NCBI GenBank assembly: GCA_037444665.1 | Contig: JBBILZ010000029.1 | Coordinates: forward strand, 1 to 31,358 | DNA: 31,358 nt | Source: a candidate division WOR-3 bacterium | GTDB taxonomy: Bacteria > Hydrothermota > Tepidihabitantia > SM23-42 > JAOAFX01 | Direction of reading: 5' to 3' | In this document: piece by piece, positions 18,386-26,120 of the stretch | How the letters are laid out: each line of letters begins with the position of its first letter | Position numbering within the stretch: the first letter of the stretch is position 1 | Notes under the pieces: model-generated | The model's input: the letters and a program-made list of their open reading frames with translations, nothing else | Database searches by the model: none | Told to the model about the DNA's origin: nothing | Position numbers and translations under genes: made by a program

Positions 18386-19261
18386 ATGAAGATTCTTCCT
18401 GTTGCCTTTGATTCACTCGGTGCCAGAAGTATGGCAACCTATGTAGAAACAAAGGATATAAGGATATTCATTGACCCGGGTGTATCTGTTTCACCGGACC
18501 GCTATTCACTACCGCCGCATAAAGTAGAGATTGACCGACACAGAAAATTGTGGGACGACATAAAAAAATGGGTTACCCTTTCAGATATTGTTATTATCAC
18601 GCATTACCATTATGACCATCATAATCCCAATGAACCAGAAATTTTCAAAAATAAAGATATCTTTATAAAGAATCCCCGCGACTTCATAAATGAAAGCCAG
18701 AAGCATCGTGCTTCATATTTTTTAGTTCAAATTGAAGATTATAAACGGAACATTATCATTGCTGATGGTAATTGTTATAATTTCGGAAATACGACATTAA
18801 AATTTTCCCAGCCTTTATATCATGGACTCTCTAATCGGCTCGGTTTTGTGTTGATGGTTATAGTAGAAGAAGATTCAAAATTCATCTTCAGTTCAGACAT
18901 TCAAGGTCCACTGAATCAGGAGCCCGTTGATTTTATCCTAAAAAACCAGCCAGATGTTATTTTTCTTGATGGTCCAGCAACCTATTTACTCGGTTCTTAT
19001 TACAAAAAAAGTGATATTGATTGTGCAGCCAACTATTTAAAAAAAATCATAAACGAATCCAGGATTAAAAATCTTGTTATTGACCATCACCTTCTGCGCG
19101 ATATAAACTGGCAGAATTTTGTGAATAGTCTTAATGATTTAAAATATAATCCTGTTATTCAATCTGCAGCAAAATTTCGTGGAGAAGAAGAAGACCTATT
19201 AGAGGCAAAACGAAAGGATTTTTATGAAGGTAAAATCCCTTTTGTTAACCATTATGGGTAG
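18386..19261 (+). CDS. Metallo-beta-lactamase-fold hydrolase, UPF0282-like
   Basis: SLGARSMAT, IDPG, THYHYDH, SDIQGP, DHHLLRD. Confidence 0.8.
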   Translation: MKILPVAFDSLGARSMATYVETKDIRIFIDPGVSVSPDRYSLPPHKVEIDRHRKLWDDIKKWVTLSDIVIITHYHYDHHNPNEPEIFKNKDIFIKNPRDFINESQKHRASYFLVQIEDYKRNIIIADGNCYNFGNTTLKFSQPLYHGLSNRLGFVLMVIVEEDSKFIFSSDIQGPLNQEPVDFILKNQPDVIFLDGPATYLLGSYYKKSDIDCAANYLKKIINESRIKNLVIDHHLLRDINWQNFVNSLNDLKYNPVIQSAAKFRGEEEDLLEAKRKDFYEGKIPFVNHYG

Positions 19262-19266
19262 TAACA

Positions 19267-20256
19267 ATGACAAAACAGAGTGAATTAGAAAGCATTAAAG
19301 AATTGAACAATTATACAGAAAGAATCTATCGTGAGATTGGAAAGATTATCATCGGTCAACACTCAGTAATTGAGCAGGTTTTAATTTCATTATTTTGTAA
19401 TGGACATTCATTGATAATAGGTGTGCCCGGGCTCGCAAAAACAATGCTTGTTAACACCATTGCCCAGATTGTGGATTTGACATTTAATAGGATTCAATTT
19501 ACTCCTGACCTGATGCCTTCTGATATTACTGGTACCGAAGTGATTGAAGAAGACCTTACAACTGGTAAACGAAGTTTTAGATTTGTAAAGGGTCCTTTAT
19601 TTGCCAATGTAATCCTTGCGGATGAGATAAATCGGGCACCGCCAAAAACGCAATCTGCTTTGTTGCAGGCGATGCAAGAATATAAAGTCACTTATGCGGG
19701 TCAAACCTATCCGTTGCCTGTTCCATTCTTCGTGCTCGCTACACAGAATCCGATTGAACAGGAAGGAACATATCCTCTGCCTGAGGCACAACTTGATAGA
19801 TTTATGTTTACAATCAATATTGGCTATCCAGAAAAGAATGAAGAGATAGAGATTGTGAAAACAACAACATCTGCATATCAGGCTGATTTAAAAAAAGTTA
19901 TTGGTGCCGAAGACCTTATCAATCTACAGAAGATTATTCGCCGGATGCCAGTGAGTGATGAAATTTTAGAAAGGACAGTTACCCTGGTTGGAAAGACACG
20001 CCCTGAAAATAATGATGCGCCTGAAATTATAAAAAAATATGTATCCTGGGGAGCAGGTCCAAGGGCATCCCAGTATCTCATTCTTGGAGCAAAGGCAAAA
20101 GCAGCATTAGAGGGAAGATATTCGCCAAATTTAGAAGATGTTAAATATGTCTGCCATCCAGTTTTAAGACACCGTATAATTACAAATTTTGCCGCAGAGG
20201 CAGAAGGAATAAAATCAGACCAGATTATAGAAGAATTATTGAAAAATTTTTTGTAG
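19267..20256 (+). CDS. MoxR family AAA+ ATPase
   Basis: GVPGLAKT, RIQFTPDLMPSD, LADEINR, ATQNPIEQEGTYPLPEAQLDRF. Confidence 0.95.
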   Translation: MTKQSELESIKELNNYTERIYREIGKIIIGQHSVIEQVLISLFCNGHSLIIGVPGLAKTMLVNTIAQIVDLTFNRIQFTPDLMPSDITGTEVIEEDLTTGKRSFRFVKGPLFANVILADEINRAPPKTQSALLQAMQEYKVTYAGQTYPLPVPFFVLATQNPIEQEGTYPLPEAQLDRFMFTINIGYPEKNEEIEIVKTTTSAYQADLKKVIGAEDLINLQKIIRRMPVSDEILERTVTLVGKTRPENNDAPEIIKKYVSWGAGPRASQYLILGAKAKAALEGRYSPNLEDVKYVCHPVLRHRIITNFAAEAEGIKSDQIIEELLKNFL

Positions 20257-20277
20257 TTGCCTGATTTATCAGGCTAC
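20253..20277. repeat. GTAG-headed REP-like palindrome overlapping the MoxR stop
   Basis: GTAG-ttgcctgat-tt-atcaggc-tac. Confidence 0.6.
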
Positions 20278-20305
20278 CCAGGACTATTATAACGATATAA
20301 TAAAT

Positions 20306-20334
20306 AAAAAAGGGGCGGAAAATCCGCCCCTTTT
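20306..20334. terminator. Bidirectional intrinsic terminator between convergent genes
   Basis: aaaaggggcgga-aaa-tccgcccctttt with A/T tracts on both sides. Confidence 0.85.
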
Positions 20335-20349
20335 GCCTTTGTATGGATT

Positions 20350-22173
20350 TTACCGCACAACCGTCATCGGTTTTGATGTTATGCCTTCCGGTGTCTCCAC
20401 ACGAATAAAATAGATTCCGTTGGGCAATTCCTGATTGCTCAGATTGAGCGTATAAGTACCTGCAGGCTTTGTCTCGTTTATTAAGTTATTAATCAATCTA
20501 CCAGTTGCATCATAGAGTGAAATATTTACATTGCCCTGTTGCTTCAGTGTATAAGACAATTTCGCAAGACCATTTGAAGGATTGGGGATGAGATTAACAG
20601 ATAAACCATTAATTATTCTTGCGCGGTCTTCTGCTATTCCTGTTCCACCTGCATCATACCAGATGCTGTAAATATAACTTGCATAATCAGTCCAGGCAAT
20701 TGCCGCATCACCAGTTGCCATATTTCTGGTAATAGCCGGTCCATATACATCACTAACATTACTTGTATTATCATTTATGGTGATAGATGTTGTCCAGTGC
20801 GTGGGGTCATCAATTGCTCCGAACTTATACTTTACCAATTCAGTGGATGTTGTATTCTGTCTGAGTGTCGCAAAGAACCCATGGCTTTGGTCATCAACAT
20901 AGATATTAGGTAAAAATTCTGTATAAGGTATTACCCAATTTGCAGTAGTCCAGTTTGCACCATCATCTGTAGAATAGGTGTTGAGAATGTCCATATCTGC
21001 CATGGTCATAGTATCCATCTGTGTATAGAGCACTACCCAGTTTGTATTGTTGTGCGCGCCAGCAATTACGCATTCCCTTTCATCTCTATGGTTATCATTC
21101 GGTGTTAAATCGATCCTTGTGCTCCAGGTAGAACCATAGTCATCAGAATACCAGCCCTTGACGGTTTCATCAAAAGTTTGTGGATAACCATAGGGATGTA
21201 GCCAGGAGATTAACCACATCCGGTCTGAACTTGAACCATACGCAATCTTTGTTCCGGAATAATAGATATTATCACCTGCAGTATTAGTAAGAGCAGTTGG
21301 CCCAAGTTCCCAGGTTCCAACATTAAGTTCGTTAGAGCGGGCAAACATCACCCAGGTGGTATCAGTACCCGTCTGATTTGCAGCGACCCAGGTAGCATAT
21401 AAGTATTCTTCACCGGGATATACCGAAACATCGGTCGTAAAGTCAAGGTCGTAATAAGTTACTGGATTAAAACCCCCAGTTGGTGAACCATAATAAATTG
21501 CAGTGCTCCCACTGGAACCAGGCAACGTTACTCTGAACCAGGTTCTCATATTAAGACTGAGATTCTCTAGCAGAATATATGAAACAATAATTGTATCCTG
21601 GACGATTTTAATCTTAGGATAAGAGATTTCGTAAGCAGTCCCAAAATCATAATTCCAGTAGACATTCCAAGATGCACCATTATCGGTTGAACGATGCATA
21701 AGAATATGCGCGCGACCGCTTGAATCCCACAATGCTATTGTATATAAATGGCCATTAGACAGTGAGGCAACTTTTACATCATATACCGTAGAATGGGGGT
21801 CAATACGCACATCAGTGCCCCATAAAGGCGTGGGTGGTGTCTCGGAACTTCTACGGTCTTCGCGCATCCGTGGATAGGCTTTGGTATTGGAGCCATTTGT
21901 TAAAGGATCAAACTTAATTTCTCTATGTTCCAGCCACCATTGATGAATATAACTGGATAGTTTGGCAGCAGTCTGCACATCACCATTTTTTCTGGCATTC
22001 TTCATTTTTTCAATGGTTTGTCCAAAATCAAATTCAGATGGCACTGAAATTGATTTGCCATTGGTATTCTGGTACGAGACTTCATCTATGATTCCGCAAC
22101 TGACATCTGCGGGTTCTGCATAGATGAAATTCTGAACCAGCAACCCGATTAAAAGTATTAATATTTTTTTCAT
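20350..22173 (-). CDS. Secreted Asp-box (BNR) repeat protein with T9SS-like C-terminal Ig domain
   Basis: Signal peptide MKKILILLIGLL; STDNGASW, SDDYGSTW, STDDGANW; GIAE linker then PNP...YDATGRL...GIYFIR. Confidence 0.8.
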   Translation of the reverse strand: MKKILILLIGLLVQNFIYAEPADVSCGIIDEVSYQNTNGKSISVPSEFDFGQTIEKMKNARKNGDVQTAAKLSSYIHQWWLEHREIKFDPLTNGSNTKAYPRMREDRRSSETPPTPLWGTDVRIDPHSTVYDVKVASLSNGHLYTIALWDSSGRAHILMHRSTDNGASWNVYWNYDFGTAYEISYPKIKIVQDTIIVSYILLENLSLNMRTWFRVTLPGSSGSTAIYYGSPTGGFNPVTYYDLDFTTDVSVYPGEEYLYATWVAANQTGTDTTWVMFARSNELNVGTWELGPTALTNTAGDNIYYSGTKIAYGSSSDRMWLISWLHPYGYPQTFDETVKGWYSDDYGSTWSTRIDLTPNDNHRDERECVIAGAHNNTNWVVLYTQMDTMTMADMDILNTYSTDDGANWTTANWVIPYTEFLPNIYVDDQSHGFFATLRQNTTSTELVKYKFGAIDDPTHWTTSITINDNTSNVSDVYGPAITRNMATGDAAIAWTDYASYIYSIWYDAGGTGIAEDRARIINGLSVNLIPNPSNGLAKLSYTLKQQGNVNISLYDATGRLINNLINETKPAGTYTLNLSNQELPNGIYFIRVETPEGITSKPMTVVR

Positions 22174-22390
22174 TTTTTCTCCTTTCTATTAAAACTTTAT
22201 AACACATTGTAATGTCCAATGCGCAAGGTCGTCACCAGAATTAATTATGTGGATTATTAATCCTGGACTTTTCAAGTATTTTTTTATTATCACCTCCTTG
22301 TTTCTGTTATTATAAATCGTATCAAGACTCTTAATGTTAAATACACCTTGATTACAATTTACGAACAAATCATAGTTCCTTGCACATAAC

Positions 22391-22418
22391 ATTATATTCA
22401 TTTTTTATTCAGTGTCAA
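22391..22418 (-). promoter_or_regulatory. Promoter TTGACA-N16-TATAAT about 220 nt upstream of the 20350-22173 gene
   Basis: tgtcaa 22413-22418 and attata 22391-22396 on plus strand. Confidence 0.65.
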
Positions 22419-22464
22419 GAGGCAAAAGCAAGGGGCGGGGCGACGTAGTAGCACCGCCTGTTCA

Positions 22465-23970
22465 TTAACGAATAATTGTCATCGGCTTTGATGTTATGCC
22501 TTCATGTGTCTCCATACGGATGAAATAGATTCCATTGGGTAATTTCTGATTACTCAGATTGAGCGTATGAATACCAGCCGGTTTTGTTTCGTTTATCAAG
22601 TTATTAATCAATCTGCCAGTTGCATCATAGAGCGAAATATTTACATTGCCCTGTTGTTTTAGTGTATAAGACAATTTCGCAAGACCATTTGAAGGGCTGG
22701 GTGAAATATTAAGGAGTTCACCACTGATTCTCTTTGAATTGGATTCTTCAATTCCGGTCCAGTCACTGCGGTCAAAATATGCTGCACCATAGATTGGAGA
22801 ATAACTCACATAGATACAACCATAGACATTGTTTCCTAAATATTCAATGTCGGGTTGCACATTATTGGGCGGTTGATAATCACCAAATTGCACTGGAGTT
22901 GACCAGTAACCATAATAGTTGCGCCAGGTATATCTGAATCGCCGGTTTGAGTAACTATTGTATGCGTATACTATGCCCTGACCACCATCATATCTTGTAG
23001 CAACATCAGGGCAACAGGCAATCACGGTCGTGTCTTCAGCACCAGGGATGCCCCATCCCCAACTTGAGCCACCATTATAAGAAGCCAGGTATTTGCAATA
23101 GTATGCGACTGCAGAGCCACTCTGTTCATAAACAGCAATAATCGTGTCGTGGTATGCACCTACTGAGGTAAAGCGAGAATTCGGACCGACAAAACTTCTC
23201 CGAATGCGAGTCAAAGTACCATAATAGTCAACGCCATCAATCTCAATACTATCCGCATTGGAGATGTATGTTGCCCAAGCATAATAGTCTGAATAACCTT
23301 CATTTGTGCAGGCATCAAGGCCCCTTTTTGCATTGGAGACCCCGGTTGCAATTTCAGACCAGTTAATTCCTGCTGTATCACTATAAAAATATCTGAGTGA
23401 GCCATTTGTGGTTATGACAAAGAGATTCATCCAGTAATTTTCAAAATCCTGGTCACTAACCAATGCAATCTCCTTTATTGAATCTCCTGGGTTTGTTGTA
23501 AATATTTCAATATACTGGGCACCGTTATTGAAATTTTCTTGCACTCCATCAGATGTCCTGAATCGCTTGAGGTTGATTATTTGTCTACCAGAACCGAAGG
23601 TAAATGCGACATAGAAGTGGTTTCTAAGTGCTGAGACACTGACTCTTAGGTCTTGAATGTAACCACCACCAAAGATTGGGTTAGCTATCCAGGAAGTGCC
23701 CCCATTGCTTGAAAAATATCCATAGCCTTCAGTAATAGAACCAGTGTGATAGACAAGTGCTGTAAAGAGATTTCCGCTTTGCCGATGGATATCATAAGAG
23801 ACGTAGAAAATAGAATCTTTATTTCCGATGCGCACATCATTTCCCCATCTATAGTCTGTTAGTGTGGGTGTTTCATCATAGTATTCTGGTGGTGTTGTTA
23901 TCTGTTCTGCAGGAGCGAAAACAAGGATTCCTGACAGAAACATACTCAATATTATGCCCATTATCTTCAT
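22465..23970 (-). CDS. Secreted Asp-box protein with T9SS-like C-terminal Ig domain
   Basis: Signal peptide; WGNDVRI (WGTDVRI in neighbour); SSNGGTSW, SYNGGSSW; GIEE linker; CTD 69/76 aa identical to neighbour. Confidence 0.8.
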   Translation of the reverse strand: MKIMGIILSMFLSGILVFAPAEQITTPPEYYDETPTLTDYRWGNDVRIGNKDSIFYVSYDIHRQSGNLFTALVYHTGSITEGYGYFSSNGGTSWIANPIFGGGYIQDLRVSVSALRNHFYVAFTFGSGRQIINLKRFRTSDGVQENFNNGAQYIEIFTTNPGDSIKEIALVSDQDFENYWMNLFVITTNGSLRYFYSDTAGINWSEIATGVSNAKRGLDACTNEGYSDYYAWATYISNADSIEIDGVDYYGTLTRIRRSFVGPNSRFTSVGAYHDTIIAVYEQSGSAVAYYCKYLASYNGGSSWGWGIPGAEDTTVIACCPDVATRYDGGQGIVYAYNSYSNRRFRYTWRNYYGYWSTPVQFGDYQPPNNVQPDIEYLGNNVYGCIYVSYSPIYGAAYFDRSDWTGIEESNSKRISGELLNISPSPSNGLAKLSYTLKQQGNVNISLYDATGRLINNLINETKPAGIHTLNLSNQKLPNGIYFIRMETHEGITSKPMTIIR

Positions 23971-23982
23971 TTTTATCTCCTT

Positions 23983-24050
23983 TCACCCCCTCCTTTATCC
24001 TCCCCCTTCAAGGGGGAGTCCGCCACACCGTATGGCGGAAAGGGTGAGGG
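23983..24050. repeat. Composite GC-rich REP-like element with two internal hairpins and outer arms
   Basis: ctcccccttcaagggggag (24000-24018), tccgcca-caccgta-tggcgga (24019-24039), outer tcaccc/gggtga. Confidence 0.7.
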
Positions 24051-24093
24051 TTTCATTTTTTTCTCCTTTTTGGGTAATTACCCATTTTTTTAT

Positions 24094-25500
24094 CTATTGT
24101 TCATAACACCCGATGTCTACACCATTACCCTGTGGCCTGGTCCTATTTTCCAGGTCTATCCCTGGTGCAGACAATGAGTCCCCAGCATCAATGCCCGGGC
24201 TCCCTGTTTTGAGATGATAATTCCCTTCATTGCCCCAGGCAACCGCATTGAATTGGGGATTTCCATAGATATTACCCGTTCCAATCTGACCAACCTCAGC
24301 AGATGTATATGTGGTATTACCCTGAATCAAGAGCCGGTCGTCTTTTGGCGCATAAAAGAGGTTGTATGTTATATCGTAGTTCACTGCCTCAGCAAGCCAG
24401 ATGACCGGTGCATTATTCCCCCGGCTACAAAAGATTGTATTTACAATGCGCAAATTTACAGGAATCGTTGGTGTATCATACTGGACATGCATTATATAGT
24501 TCTCACCTATTGAATCATCAACTGTGCAGTTTATAATCTCAAAATGGGCATTGTTATTTTCTGTGCTTATCACAATTGGTGACCAGGGTGTTGTTGTAGC
24601 ATCGCCATCACCACGACCATATATTAAGGTATTCTCAACCCGTGAAGAATCACCCCATAATTTTACACCATCACAGGTGTTATTTACAACCAGACACTCA
24701 TGGATATATGTGCGCTTTGCCTTTGAATCAAGGCCATCTCCATAATTGTGGCTTGCCGTGGTATTACAGATTTCAATAGGTCCCTCAGATTCTTCAATAC
24801 CAAAACCATCAGGTCGGTCATACGGTCGGTTTGAGCCATCGCTACCCTGATAATAATGGCCACTGTATGAGAGGTCACAACTGCTGATCAGGACATTACG
24901 CAAGCCGCCTTGCTGCCCTGCAGGACCACCAATACAACCAAAACCACAATAGGTCAATCTACAATCAATTATCTGTAAATCATTGGCATCACCAATATCA
25001 ATACCAAATTCATCAATGTGATGAATATAGAGGTCTTTAAGGACAATATGAGCAACTGGACCACCTGTGCCAGAGATTGCCTCACGAAATTCATTGCCAT
25101 TATTGCTGGTTATCTCAAGGTTCTCTATGCGCACATACTGACAATTTGAAATATCAAAGGCACTGATGAGATTATTTTCACCGGCAATCACTGGACGGGC
25201 ATTATGGTCACGAGCAAAGACCACAAGGGTATCACCAGGCTGGAGTTGGCTTGCACCATGGGCAATGGTCTTGAATGGCTGGTCAATTGTGCCTGGATTA
25301 TCATCACTTCCATCAGGTGCAACATAGTATTGACCTGTATGGTTTCCACCAATGATTGTAACCCAGGCACCATCTGTGCCTGACGTAGGGAATATGACAT
25401 CCTGGTATTCACGCAAAAGATAATCATACTCTCCCTGCTCTTCTTTTTTGCACATTGTTAAGGCACAGCATATTATAATAATGCTGAGCGCATTCTTCAT
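24094..25500 (-). CDS. Probable lipoprotein with right-handed beta-helix (DUF1565 / pectin lyase-like) and C-terminal choice-of-anchor-Q-like motif
   Basis: Lipobox-like LTMC then KKEE; YYVAPDGSDDNPGT..PFKTI; NYHLKTGSPGIDAG...RPQGNGVDIGCYE. Confidence 0.8.
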   Translation of the reverse strand: MKNALSIIIICCALTMCKKEEQGEYDYLLREYQDVIFPTSGTDGAWVTIIGGNHTGQYYVAPDGSDDNPGTIDQPFKTIAHGASQLQPGDTLVVFARDHNARPVIAGENNLISAFDISNCQYVRIENLEITSNNGNEFREAISGTGGPVAHIVLKDLYIHHIDEFGIDIGDANDLQIIDCRLTYCGFGCIGGPAGQQGGLRNVLISSCDLSYSGHYYQGSDGSNRPYDRPDGFGIEESEGPIEICNTTASHNYGDGLDSKAKRTYIHECLVVNNTCDGVKLWGDSSRVENTLIYGRGDGDATTTPWSPIVISTENNNAHFEIINCTVDDSIGENYIMHVQYDTPTIPVNLRIVNTIFCSRGNNAPVIWLAEAVNYDITYNLFYAPKDDRLLIQGNTTYTSAEVGQIGTGNIYGNPQFNAVAWGNEGNYHLKTGSPGIDAGDSLSAPGIDLENRTRPQGNGVDIGCYEQ

Positions 25501-25700
25501 TTAGCCTCCTTCCTTTTCTTTTTTGATGCGCGCAGGTCTGCGCCACAGACTGCACAATATCTGGCAAGTGGGTAGTTAAGTGGCGTAGAACATTCTGGGC
25601 ATTTATTAATCAGTCTGCCCCCACAATTGGGACAATATGAATTTTGCAGGTTTGTGGCAAAAAACCCGCACTTTGGACAGAGATTTATCATTTTCTTCAT
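25497..25700 (-). CDS. Small double zinc-ribbon protein (4 x CxxC), probably leaderless
   Basis: CPKC, CPNC, CPEC, CAVC; stop overlaps next ATG; TATAAT 5 nt before ATG. Confidence 0.75.
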   Translation of the reverse strand: MKKMINLCPKCGFFATNLQNSYCPNCGGRLINKCPECSTPLNYPLARYCAVCGADLRASKKKRKEAK

Positions 25701-25848
25701 ACCAAATTATACTTTAAGGGTATTAGGGAAACTATTAAATCTACATTTTAATTTAGCCTAAAATTGTCCAAAAATTGCATCTCATATCAGAAATTAGATT
25801 TGAGATATGTGATAATTGGTCATTTTGCAACTCTTATTCCTGCCTGAT

Positions 25849-25892
25849 TGTCATCCTGAGTCCGCAACTCTGTTGGGCGGGCGAAGAATCTC
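25849..25892 (+). repeat. TGTCAT-headed REP-like element
   Basis: tgtcatcctgag...gcgaagaatctc, same architecture as 30949-30990. Confidence 0.5.
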
Positions 25893-26043
25893 AACATTTT
25901 TAGATAGAGAATTTTTTTAACCTTAACTCACCCTTTTTTAAGTAATAGGTCCACTCCCAACTTTTCCGCAAGATTTTTAACTTGGTCAAAAGTTAACAAA
26001 TTCCAGCCTGTCCGGAAAATGTTAACACATAAAAAATCGACCC

Positions 26044-26076
26044 TTGACAATTTTTAAATCAGAAGTATAATATAAT
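26044..26076 (+). promoter_or_regulatory. Promoter TTGACA-N16-TATAAT (second overlapping TATAAT at 26071-26076) for the C25 gene
   Basis: Perfect hexamers. Confidence 0.75.
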
Positions 26077-26081
26077 GTTAT

Positions 26082-26098
26082 TGGAGACGGCGAAGGCA
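26082..26098 (+). repeat. Left arm of 17-bp perfect inverted repeat enclosing the C25 gene
   Basis: tggagacggcgaaggca; exact reverse complement at 28588-28604. Confidence 0.9.
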
Positions 26099-26120
26099 CA
26101 TTAAAATTGAGGAGGTTAAG

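Noticed and set aside
22421..22460. GC-rich stretch after the 22465 gene as a terminator
   Set aside because: Stem is imperfect and the U-tract interrupted; possibly a degenerate terminator but not supportable
20350..22695. Possible diversity-generating retroelement TR/VR pair in the duplicated C-termini
   Set aside because: Both copies are coding, differences are mostly synonymous and not confined to adenines, and no reverse transcriptase is present
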